DNA of 64,000 nucleotides from Lingula anatina (lineage: Eukaryota > Animalia > Brachiopoda). Under the pieces are notes generated by a model. That model was given only the letters and a program-made list of their open reading frames with translations. It was not told the origin of the DNA and did no database searches. Positions 53,260 to 64,000 of the stretch are shown one piece after another; within the stretch, counting starts at the first letter, position 1, and each line of letters starts with the position of its first letter. The stretch is taken from NCBI GenBank assembly GCA_051362555.1, contig CM120640.1, positions 67,806,788 to 67,870,787 of the forward strand, in the 5' to 3' direction. The translations under genes and the position numbers were made by a program.

Positions 53260-56200
53260 ACTTGGTATGTTTTTTATTGCAAGATGGTACAGAGCAAGTT
53301 CATGAAAGTTTTTCCTTATAATTTCTGTCACTTCATCACCAAATTCTTTCTTGTTATCTTCTGCAGTTTTCTGTAAAGCAAAAGAACACACACTTGGTGA
53401 CAATTTCACTCCATAAAGATGCACGGTCATTCTATATTTCTTCGGATTTTCATTGAGGTTTTCTGACCAAAGGAATTTCAGAGCATTCCTGTGTTCTGTT
53501 GTCACTTTTACTTGGTTAAACATCTCTGTTATGTCTCCCATTAAAGCGACTCTTTCTGTCCTGATTCTCAGCAACACTCCAACTAGCCATGCTGTCAAGT
53601 CTGGACCCTGTAACAGATGATCATTTAGAGACTTCCCTCTGAACTTTGCAGCACAGTCAAACACAATCCTAATCTTGTCTGGCTTGGCTGGGTTAAACAC
53701 AGGGAAATGCGGCAGGTACCACATTCACTGCTGCTCTTCATTCTCACTGCCTTGTCACTGTTGTTTTAAGTAATGCAAACATGACTGAGGATTATTCCCT
53801 ACATTGATTGAACATCTACCTTGATCAAGAGCAAGTCAACAAGTGAGTCACAGTTAAACAGTTTGATTCTTTAATAAGAACCCATCCAGGTTGGCTCCCC
53901 CTATCTGACGATTTCTGTGTCCACTTCACCGTCTCAAATGAGTTGAAGAATACACCATCAATGACTGACTGACCTATGTTACATTCAAAAATTTCTTCAG
54001 CTGAGTTGAGGATTTCAATGGCCTCTACTTCTGTGAGAAATTTACCTCCTGCAAGCTTCTATTACTTCTAGCCATTTTTGTTTTCTCTGTTTATCACTTC
54101 GTATTCTGGATGGTGCCTTTTCCTTCACTATTTTCATTGCTCATAGGGTGTTGACCTCTGTTGCACTCCTCTTCGTTTTTGGTGTCCTTGGGTCAGTTTT
54201 CCACTTCAGAGTATATTACAGTTCTTTACTCGCACTGTACATTGATGGTATTTGGTCAACTTCCAGTAGAATATTAAGAATATCTGCTGGACCAGGTATG
54301 ATATTTAGACTCTCAAGTCTCTCCATCTTTGCCGTTTGTGGTATTGGGAAAGTTAAAATGCCCTAAATCTTAACTTTTTAAGAAAAAAAATATGAGATAT
54401 TAAATTTTCAGCCATATACCAGTGGCTATTATGACTTGATGCCTCACACATACCATGGTGATGGTTGTCATGAAATTAACAATGTTGCCTGTATACAATA
54501 GGACCTAACATCCTTGGTTTAAGGCTAGATCAAGATGTATTTTTGGTTTCTTAACATGTTTACAAGTTTCATTTCAGTGATAATCCATTAAAATCTTTTG
54601 GATGTTGGTCCTCTACTGTTTATCTGAACAAAAAAGAAAATGTTTTTAAATGTTAATCTAAACAATATACGATTAGGCAAAATAGGAAATTAAATAGAGT
54701 AGCATTTAAGAAATCATAAAAATAATGTTTTGGATTAAATTGTATAATACTTGTAAAATGTGGATTTAACAACGCATTCAGATTCAGACGTCATGACATC
54801 TGGGATGATCCAGCTGATCTGTGGGGATCAACTAAATAGAGAAGAATTTGATCAGAATATAAAGTTAGTCATGTGCTCCGGCCAACACAGAGCTTCACTG
54901 AAAGAGCTTCCCCTAAGTTAGATACGCCGTTAAGTTGGTGTCGAGGCAACTCAAGGCATGGTCCGGTTACGCTGCCACCATGTTACAATGTATGCATACG
55001 ACAGATTGTAGAGGCATACTAGAAGTTATACAGAGCGCGAGAGAGAAGGCACAAGTGCCATTAGAACTCAACATCCGTTGTAAAAAGGTCAAGGTCACTA
55101 CACAGTAAACACAATAGTGTAACACTTTTTTTCTTGGCCTCCCCACTGGCTTTTTGCACTTTTTAAGCCTCATTGGGCTTCTCTCAGGTGTGCTGTTCAA
55201 ATATATAGATTCTTGCAGATGTCTTGCCAAACCAACCTTTTTCCCACGGCCACCACGTAAGCTCCTGCCATGCTTGGTTTGAGCTGATTTCCTAGGTCTG
55301 CCAGGGCCTGCATTTTTTCTTTACCTTCCCACTGGCTTTTTGCACTTTTTAGGCCTCACTGGGCTACTTTCAGGTGTGCTGTTCAAATAAAGTAAAGTGT
55401 AAGAGTGTGATAAAGAATTTAAAACAGTAATAAAGTCCGTACAAGTTACGCAGTGCAACAGATGTCAGCCATTTGAACACAACACAATTTGTTCTGAATG
55501 CCAACCATAAACATTTGACTTGCACATTTGCAATGTGAACATGATTTGTCAATCACCATTAATCAGATTCACTATGACTTACGACATGATCTAGTTGGCT
55601 AACTGGACCTAAAGACTTGATTCAATCCATTCTATCCCAAACTATAGAACTCGATATTAAAAGATTCATAAGTTATACTAGTCTTATTACCCCAAATGTT
55701 TCAATATCTACATTATATGTAGTAGTGGACTTTTCATTATCAGACGCACTGTATAGCAACTATTGCATCTGTCTGTATAAACAGTGAACACAAAGTCATC
55801 GTTACCTTCATAGTGGAGCTCGATTATCATTTTCAACATTTACATACTTCACCGACCTGTTGGCTTTCTGTTGTGGCATTGCCAGTGTACACTGCTCTCT
55901 CTGGTGCTGCTGTCATTGCGGTTGTTTCGATGTAGTCGAACAGCACTTGGGCTCAAAATGTCCCATTCTGTTACATTTGAAGCATCTGACATTTTTAGTT
56001 CTGCAGCAATAATTTCCATAATGTCCAAGGTAACCACACCTGAAGCATTCTACTTTGACGGACAATTTTGTCGATTTCATCCTTTGCTTTTATCTTCCCA
56101 GTTTCTTACGGTTCACAGGACGCTTCTGTTTTACATTGAATGCATTAACACCTGCAACTTCTGATATTTTCAACGCTTGTTTCTCTCTTGTTTCCATGGC

Positions 56201-56748
56201 TAATTCTATGTCTAGTGTGCGTGCTAATGATAAATTTGTGTCTGTCAGTTACTTTGTTCTCAGTTTTCTTTCTCAGAAAGACAATTGTCATCGATTTGAT
56301 CCTTTATTCGTCGATTTGATTCGTCTCAAAATCACATTCTCTAGCTAGGGAGTGCAATCTAGTTACAAACTGCGTGAGTGTTTCAGATCTGCTTTGTCTG
56401 GCCAGGCAAAAAATATGCCAATTGTACAAAATGTTTCTTCTTGGTCTGAAGTAATTGGTAAGCAGATTAACTGCAATGTCAAATGCATTTGCATTTCCTT
56501 CTTGGTTGTCATTAGGGGTTTCTACATGTAGCTATTGAAGATTTCTTGAACCTTGATTCCTGCACAGTGGAGTAGTAGCTGCTTCTACGCAAACAGTGGC
56601 TACGGCGAAGATTTTGAATCTTTTCAGCTATCTCTTCCATCTCGTAGCAATGTTTGATCACTGTGTGGATCAAAACTCTCAATGGATGGTTCATTTATTG
56701 GGCTCAACATTTCCTTCAATTTCTTAGTGGAATCTCTTCGTTATTTCT
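53260..56748 (-). mobile_element. Fragmented BEL/Pao LTR retrotransposon remnant
   Basis: RT fragment [42 protein letters not shown]...[10 protein letters not shown] (53724-53310). Decayed gag-like pieces lie upstream. No LTRs were found and the outer limits are uncertain. Confidence 0.75.
55138..55389. repeat. Direct repeat encoding GRPRK (AT-hook-like) basic peptides on the minus strand
   Basis: cccactggctttttgcacttttta.gcctca.tgggct.ct.tcaggtgtgctgttcaaata occurs at about 55142 and 55328. The translations KPVGRPRKK and GPGRPRKS are visible. Confidence 0.6.
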
Positions 56749-58748
56749 TGGTCCAGTAAGAATAACTTAGGTTAGAAAAAAATGTTAACAACTGAATCTG
56801 GTCCAATATATGTTATGGGGCAATATAATCCAGATAATTTCCCATTGGAATCTACCATTGGCAAAGTGCCAAAATCCAAAATGGCTGCCAATATGCAGAG
56901 GGGGGCTCAATATATGCATATCTTGGGAAACAGAAGACACAAAAAGATATTTTTTCCCTGATCAAAGATGACTTTGCTTGTTAACTGAAATAAACCATTT
57001 TCAAAAATAAAGTATGGGAGGATTTTTCCCTTGTCAAGAATAAAATACAAGATACTTTTTCTTGTTGACTATATGAATATTTTGTACAAACTATGTACAT
57101 GTAAAATATATAATGCAAATATAATAACTGTGCAATATATTACAATAGTGCATTTTTTTTTCAATATATGTAAAAAATAAAAGGCTGTACTTTATAATTT
57201 TGATAAAGGACCAGTTTACTCTTTTTTTAACACCGTTGGTGACTGTAATGTCGAGTATATGCCTAACCTCAACACCCCTAGCATCTGCTAAAATTTCTGC
57301 TGTCTTAAACAACAAATATGGTGTTGAAGCCCTGATGTTTTGGGCATGGAAATATGGTACATCTAATTCCAAGAGTAATTTACACTCCGGGACAGCTTTG
57401 ACCGCCTCCAACTAGGATTTGTTGTAAGTTTTCACCAGCCTGGTGAAGCCAAAGTATGTGTTGTAATAAACAGGCAGCCACATCTCCATGAGCTTGTTCC
57501 CCGTAAAACAGTGGAAATTGATGGGCTGATGCTCTGGGATGTTATTCCTTTGTAGGATTGATAACAGATGCCTGATGGCATACACAGAGTCACCACTACC
57601 CATTCCAAGGCAATGCAACACTAACACCTTGCTGTCAATTTCTGAGGGCAGTAGATCATTGAGCAGATCTTCCTGATCCTGCCAGACATGGGAGGACTCT
57701 GAAAAATCAAGACCAACCTCTCCGATGGCGCTGACATGGGAATCTTGAACCAACGTCCTGAAGGCTATGAGATTTTGCTCCCGCAAAGCAGGGGTTTGGG
57801 AGGCCTTTTTCGGGTGAAAGCCTATAGCTACATGCATGTTCTCCAACTTATTTAACAAGGCACTCCGAGTTGGATCCCTCTCTGGATCACAATACACTGC
57901 TACTGAGCCCACCAGATTAACCTCCTTGCCCTCTGGCACAGGAACTTTCTCCCGCAGATTCTCCAGGGTCCCATTGGACGGCAGATTATAAGCTTAGAGA
58001 GTCCTGTCCAAGTGGAAATGGCTATCAAAAGCCTTGACTCCCATCACTACATCTGCCACTGTTGTCCGTTGGAGACCTGCAGGCACCTTGAAATTGTTGA
58101 GCCATAAATCCCGTTGGGCTGGATTCGTGCATGAAGATAACTTCAACACAGCTCGCCAATGTATAAATGCACCCACAGAGTTGGCTGACTTTAGGGTTAC
58201 TTGCGGGGGCAGAGAGACACCAAGCTCTTGACAGAAGGCTTGCATCGCTTGCCGTTGGGCTTCGCCAATCCCCCTGATATTTTTAAGGTTGAATTTGTCG
58301 CCTGATGCTGATATAAAATCGCATAGGCTTTGTAGAGGTTTATTGATACCAAAAATGAGCAAGGTAGCCCACTCCAAAGCTGTCACCCTGAGAGCCACGA
58401 TCTCAGGGACGATACTCAAACCCTCGTCAAAGATATCAGGTATGTGTGTTATGACATGGACCTTGACTGCACCCCTTTCAATATTGGGGTTACTACATCC
58501 AGGGACTTGGCCCCGTATGCACAAAACATCTTAAGTGTATTTTTTTAAGAATTTCCTTAAGTGATCACCCTTAACATAAGTGGTATGCACAAAGCATCTT
58601 AAGATGAGAATTTCCCAAAATATCTCCTTAACTTTAAGGTACCTCATTGGGTCTCTTAAGTGGAAATTTTGTCCTTAGATTCCGTGACTGTACAACACAG
58701 TGGCATTCATTTGTGCTAGTCAAAGCTGTGCAGCAACATTATTTCTCT

Positions 58749-59126
58749 ATGACTCTTATTATTGCTGTTTATCGTGAAGAATCGGATGAACTGGAAAGGG
58801 CAGTCGCAAGACCAAGAATATTTCGGGACCACGAAAATCCTTTGGATTTTTACCCAGATCATGAGATTTACCAGCAATTTCGTTTTGATAGAGCGGGGAT
58901 ACTTTTCATTACGGATCTTCTGGCAGAGGATATTGAACCACCCACTAACAGAAGCCACGCAATTCCTGCCTTACTACAGATTTTCATTACCCTAAGGTTC
59001 TATGCCTGTGGGAGCTTTCAGCAAGTTGTTGCAGATACAATTAGAATACATCAGAGTACTGCTTGTCGAATCATTTACAGGGTTACAAATGCTCTCCTAA
59101 GACATATCAACAAATTTGTGAATTGA
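58749..59126 (+). pseudogene. Harbinger (HARBI1-like) transposase N-terminal fragment
   Basis: RPRIFRD...FRFDR...TNRSHAIPALLQIFITLRFYACGSFQQVVAD...QSTACRII. It ends before the DDE domain. Confidence 0.88.
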
Positions 59127-59646
59127 AATGAATGAATTGAAAGCGAATATTTGCATGGGTCTCCAACCAAATACATTTGTAATTTGTCATTCTGTTAAGG
59201 GATATCTAAAGTGAAAATTTTTGAGTGGGCACTTTTTATGACATGTTGCTTATGAAATCCCCAAAAACCACCTGATAACACGGAATCTCACGCATCAATG
59301 CTTATACAATTAACATAGGTATTTAATATGTGCATACGTGGGGTCAATAGTGAAATTAATAATTAATATTAATATTATGAATTACATGCCACAATTTTTC
59401 ATCACAGATAACACTTAAAAATGTAATTATGTCACTGGATTATTATTATTAGTGTTGGGTCTGGGGATTGGATGACACGCCTCTTTTTCTGTCAGAGTAT
59501 GAAGAATACTAGGCCTACACAAGAAGTTACAACTTCTTGGCCTACACGATTGATATCTCAACTCTTTTAATAATAACTGATAGGCCAATAGGCTATTAGC
59601 AAATGTAGCCTATAATGTGGACAAATAAAGCATTGACGTTTCATTC

Positions 59647-59943
59647 ACTGGTTTTCCTCAGTTCCTTTTTGTAATCGATGATGTCCTTTTTTGCACTTGA
59701 AAGGAGGTTGTCCCACTTCTTTTTGACACTTTCAAGGTCTCTCTTCATATCAGGATTGTGCTGGTTTACACCATTCATTACTTTGGTCCATGCATCTTTT
59801 TTGGCTTGTGCTGTGATCTTAGATATTAGAGAATCTCAATTAGAGAATCGTCCCCTGAGTGTGTGTTTCTGCTTTAAAAATTCCTCAACAAGTACCTCTT
59901 TCTCCTCACAACTCCAATTGGGCCCTCTTTTCTTATCTGCCAT
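59647..59943 (-). pseudogene. Harbinger Myb/SANT-like accessory protein fragment
   Basis: MADKKRGPNWSCEEKEVLVEE...AKKDAWTKVMNGVN...VKKKWDNL, with one internal stop. Confidence 0.82.
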
Positions 59944-61476
59944 GTTTAAAGTACATACAACACAGTGTATAAGTTTAATACACACCAATGTGCTTGCTCA
60001 TATCCAAGTAAAGGATTCCTTCAAACATGAATTCCCCAGTGTGAGCTATTGTAGCAGGTAATTCTGTTGGTCAATGCACAGGCTAAACATAGCTCAACAC
60101 ATAAGAGAAATCCTACAGAGTTGAGGAAATTCCTATTATTTGAGAAAATTCTTGGCTTAGGAAATTTTTAAGGTACTTTGTGCATACCACTTAAGGCGTT
60201 TCCTCAGCTAAGAATTTTCTTATGAAGTTAAGGAGAATTTTTCACTTAAGATAAGGATTTTTTGTGCATGCGGGGCCTGACATTTTGTCATTTTTGGTCC
60301 AACCTTAGCCACTTTTAGGTTAGGCTCCCCCACAGACTCAATCAGAGACTCTTGTTTCTGAGATTCCCCAGATGCAGCAACAGTCCCTGGCTTCTGTACA
60401 GACTGACCTGACTTACAATTTTGACGATTTGGGCTTTCTTTTCTTACTTCTGCTTTTTCCGGATTGGGATTTCTCCCCCGTACTTACAGATTCAGAAAAG
60501 GGGTTCTTTCCGGTTTGGGATACTTGCCCAACTGAATGGGCTTTCTCCCCCGTAATAGGAAAAGAAGGGAAGTAGAGGCTCATAAGTGATGGGATTGGCC
60601 TTTTATCCTGCTTTCCGGTTTGGGATACTTGCCCAACTGAATGGGCTTTCTCCCCTATACTGGCAGACCCTTGTTTTCCGGCTTGGGATACTGGTCCAAT
60701 TAAATGGGTTTTCTCCCCCTTACAAACAAAGACAGAAGCAGGAGAGGGGGTGGTAAGTTTGCGGCAATGCACGCCAAAGCTGCCCGTCTCCTACCCTCCA
60801 TGGAAAACACAAGGCATGGGGACTTTTACAAAGTAGACTCATGGGGCTTAGGGCTCCCTTTGGCAGCAGATCCATCTGAGGATCCAAGCAATTCCGAAGA
60901 ATTGCAAGGCTCCCCAGAATAGACCTCCCCCTCCAGGATGTCCACCTTCATGGCCTCTGCTGATGATGTTGTAGGAATTGGTGTGGAATTCCCCCCTCCC
61001 CCAGACACCACAAAAGTGGTTTGGGTAATATTGGGGTCAGTTCCCAACCTTATATCCCTGACTGGTCCCGAGAAAACACTTGGCTCCCCAGTAGGTTTGG
61101 GTTGCACTGGCTTCTTGGATTTCCCAGTCTTAGGATTAGGTGGGAGTTTAGAGATATTTTTTTCCACCCAATTCTTATCGGAAATCCCCTTGGAGAGTAC
61201 TTCAGACGCTAAGTTGCACAGCCACGAGTAGTACTCACCCTTCTTCTTATCTTTGGCCATTTGTATTTTACATAAGTCCACAACGTCTAATACTGACTGT
61301 TGGATCTTGTCAGTATCCCCAGGCAGAGCTTCTATCAGATCCCGGACAAATTCCCCGGGCTGGATGACTGGAAACACACGGTATTTTATCCATGTGGCCA
61401 GCTCATCCACGACTATATTTTTGGACTTGGGATTTTGCTGCTTGGCCATCTGAAATGATAAATGAACACACAGATT

Positions 61477-61612
61477 TTAAGTTATATGTTGTTCAGCTTT
61501 CTTGCAATGAGGACATTTATACTCCAAGGCATCAGTCACTGTGATATTAACACAGGACCCATGATACCATTCATCACAGAAATCACACTGAATCATGAAC
61601 CTGCCACCGTAC
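61477..61612 (-). pseudogene. PHD finger fragment
   Basis: YGGRFMIQCDFCDEWYHGSCVNITVTDALEYKCPHCKK followed by TAA. The N-terminal cysteine pair is not recognisable. Confidence 0.8.
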
Positions 61613-61869
61613 GGGACCGTAAAATCATCAGCATTTGCCAGGCAATCATGTTTGTTTCATAAGACCTGCAATTTATCATCAGGCATCTTCTCGCACATGA
61701 TATCTGACACCAGGTTTACAAGCGTGTCCTAGACCTCCGGTCCCACGTTTCATAACTAATAATATCATAAACGTTGGCTGACCCTGAGTGGTTTGCTCCT
61801 TCCTTTAACTGCTCCGCACTGCTCGCATCATCCCTCAGATCGTTTCCAGGGGCAATTAAGTCATGATGG

Positions 61870-62700
61870 CCTCATATTTGATCTAGTGTAAAGGAGAGTC
61901 CTACTTGAAGGGGAGAGAGAAAGGCCTGCGGATGTGTGGCATGCATTATTGCCTGAATCAGACGTGAGATCTTGGATTTCTGTGCCCTATGTTATAGAGG
62001 CATTTTGTTTATAGGTATTTGCTTCCTTATAAGATGACCAAAACCCAAAGCTATTCAAGAGATCAATTAAGTCACAATGGCCATATTTTTGATCTGGTGT
62101 AAAGGAGAGTCCTACTTGAAGGGGAGAGAGAAAGGCCCTGTGGCGTACATTATTGCCTGTCCAATAGAAGCACAAAGAAGGTTCGCATTTTTGCTTTTAA
62201 TTATGTTTTTTAGCAAAAGTCACAATGAATTCAGCAGAATAGCCAGATTGTGTTCCATGGATTCCATGTCTGATGTGCTTGGGTATACATTTTCATGTTT
62301 CTTGGCACTTTTGATTTCACTTCTTATGTTGTGCCCAACAACTTTAATTAGTCCATCCATATTATCATTTTCATTTGTAAATTTTACATGTGATTCTTGG
62401 ATTATTTGTTTTACATTCATAATAAGGTGACAATTAGGAGTTTTTGTTTTGTTGATGTTATATGGAAACTTTGCCCCTTTTATGCGCATAAAGTTATTGT
62501 GGAAGAGATTTTTTACAGTAAATGCTTTTACTAACATATTCAATTTGCATTATTTCGATAAGTTCATCCAGTGTAACAGTTTCATTGTCATTATTCTCTT
62601 AATACTCAATAATGTGCAAGAAAACTTTTTAATATCATCTGTGATGCCAGCAGGTCGTCCTCGTTTTTGAGTTGTTGATAATGCTTCTATTCTTATGTTC
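61870..62700 (-). pseudogene. Academ-like transposase remnant
   Basis: KRGRP...ENNDNETVTLDELIEIM, IRSEIKS....YPS and SPLQVGL...LIDLLNSFGFWSSYKE are present, with many stops and frameshifts and a partial duplication (about 61866 and 62077). The family is assigned from remembered motifs. Confidence 0.55.
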
Positions 62701-63261
62701 CTGGTGTAGCCTTGAGAGGATGTGTCATTAAATACAGGCTCAAAGCCTAAGGAAAACGCAACACCGAACTGGCTGCTTCCACAATTTATTCCAGTGCTCT
62801 TTACACTACGTCATGCGCATGTGTGGCCTCATTGTGACCTTAAGCATAGGTTAGGCCACACTTTTTTATTTTTGTGGATGACATCCTCTGGGGACCCCGA
62901 AATCGATTTGAGAGGGTGAAATGTCTCTTAAAGTTATTTTCAAACTCTTTGCATCCCAAACATGTATGTGTCCTTGTTGAAAATACAATAGGTTTCTGAC
63001 ACAGTAAACAAACTTTTACCTCCCAGTACATGTATTCACTTTCTAAAAGTGTGATGTGTCCATGAGTAGGGTCTATCAATTTTTCTTGCTGTTAACTTTT
63101 TTTTTTTTTTTTTAACACAAAAAATAGGTAATCTGGGCTATATTAATAATGCAGTTTTCTTGCTTGAAATGCAACCAAAATTCATAATAAAGAAAATAAG
63201 AAAAGACATTCTTTATCAATGCACATTTTTTTTATGTGTGACAAGAAACAATGCTTGCTAA

Positions 63262-64000
63262 TTGTACCACCAGCGTAGGCGCTGGCGGTACCCATGGTTT
63301 TAGTCCCGACCCGTATGTTCCGCCGGCTCCTGCGGCTCCTGCGGCTCCGCCGCCAAGTCACCGTTACTGCTTCTCCTCCTAGACGGTAAGGGCCCCTGTA
63401 CCCATCTCTTGGATTTAGGTCACCTATAATCTCAACTCGTTCCACGTAAAATTTGGGCTTTGTCGGTATTGGGGTCTAGGTGTGGCACTCATTGCAATGC
63501 ACCCTTGTCTAAAAATGGCAAAATTAAATGCTAATTATCTACCCTACGGAAGGAGTTATGGGAAAAATTTCTACAGACAGCTTTCCAAAAGTCATATGTG
63601 TAGATTTCAAATATGCCCTTGGATTTGACCTTTGACCTTTATTTCAAGGTCAAACGGGCCAAAATTTTCAAAAAAATGAAATTTTTTACGAAAAAAAAAT
63701 TTTTTGCCCTGTTATTCAGACACCACACAGACTTAACCAATAATATTATTGGAAAGTGTTATCCTTCAGGTCATCTTTCATCTCCGTGAATTTGGGGTCA
63801 ATCGGTGCATTTTCACGGGAGTAGTGGCCATAAAGTACCGAAACTGAAAACTGTCTCTAATTCGGGAACCGTTAATGCTAGAGACCCATTCTTTTTTTGC
63901 ATTTTGTAGAGCATGTAAAGCCCAACACTGGAGGTGGTCTCCATTTTTTTGTATTCCATACGGTTCTCAAGTTATGCTGTATCAAAAAGTACATAATGGT
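63262..64000 (+). mobile_element. Helentron-associated (HINE/DINE-1-like) non-autonomous element, one end
   Basis: Terminal hairpin GTACCACCAGCG-TAGG-CGCTGGCGGTAC (63264-63291), short (GCGGCTCCT)n repeats and a TGACCTTTGACCT motif. It runs off the window. Confidence 0.5.

Larger units (their letters stand above)
58509..60277 (+). mobile_element. Internally deleted PIF/Harbinger transposon
   Basis: TIRs GGCCCCG(T/C)ATGCACAAAA enclose convergent transposase and Myb/SANT gene remnants. The TSD is not cleanly preserved. Confidence 0.9.
57200..61449 (-). pseudogene. Zinc-finger-like/TatD nuclease multidomain pseudogene, copy 2 (split by a Harbinger insertion)
   Basis: ATG at 61449. TatD motifs FDSHFHLD, IGFHPK, IGEVGLD, VLHC, FHCFTG and LLELDVPYF lie in one frame with stops at 57994 and 57412. 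Removing 58509-60277 restores KCQVPGC-x12-H-x3-H. Confidence 0.88.
56749..63100 (-). mobile_element. Decayed Academ-like DNA transposon containing a transposase remnant, PHD finger and TatD gene
   Basis: The left terminus T(G)GTCCAGTAAG at 56749 resembles a TAGTCCA terminus and is followed by CAAAATGGCTGCC. Transposase-like fragments lie at 61870-62700. The matching right terminus was not seen. Confidence 0.5.

Noticed and set aside
7208-58524. Programmed readthrough or selenocysteine at the in-frame TatD stops
   Set aside because: The stops are a mix of TAA, TAG and TGA at non-equivalent positions in the two copies and are accompanied by frameshifts, which fits decay.
57091-58524. Bacterial contamination as the source of TatD
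   Set aside because: The gene is interrupted by a eukaryotic Harbinger element and is contiguous with eukaryotic repeats and spliced genes.
1-64000. tRNA, rRNA or snRNA genes
   Set aside because: None was recognised by eye. A tRNAscan-SE or Infernal run would be needed to exclude them.

Overview
AT-rich, intron-rich animal genomic DNA, probably from a marine invertebrate (inferred from its repeat families). An intact four-gene island at about 24.7-52.7 kb holds DOP1/dopey (-, 28 coding exons), TIMM13 (+), an uncharacterised 178-aa 7-exon gene (-) and PDSS2 (+), arranged as two head-to-head pairs. Both flanks are nested transposon debris: a Helitron end with tandem repeats, Academ-like termini, a young 5'-truncated L1/Tx1 LINE, a Crypton-like fragment, two PIF/Harbinger remnants, a CMC/EnSpm remnant, a young non-autonomous LTR element with one acidic ORF, a DIRS/Ngaro element lacking its recombinase, BEL/Pao remnants and several MITEs. 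The main hunt result is a pair of highly diverged, apparently intronless, decayed copies (about 7.2-8.9 kb and 57.2-61.4 kb) of one multidomain gene. Its architecture is a W-A-G-W-N block, a DIRLxxDPxIT motif, a low-complexity linker, a C-x4-C/His zinc-finger-like motif, a WR helix and a TatD nuclease. Both copies sit in DNA-transposon context, which suggests a transposon-borne zinc-finger-TatD nuclease family. All calls are by eye; no database searches were run.
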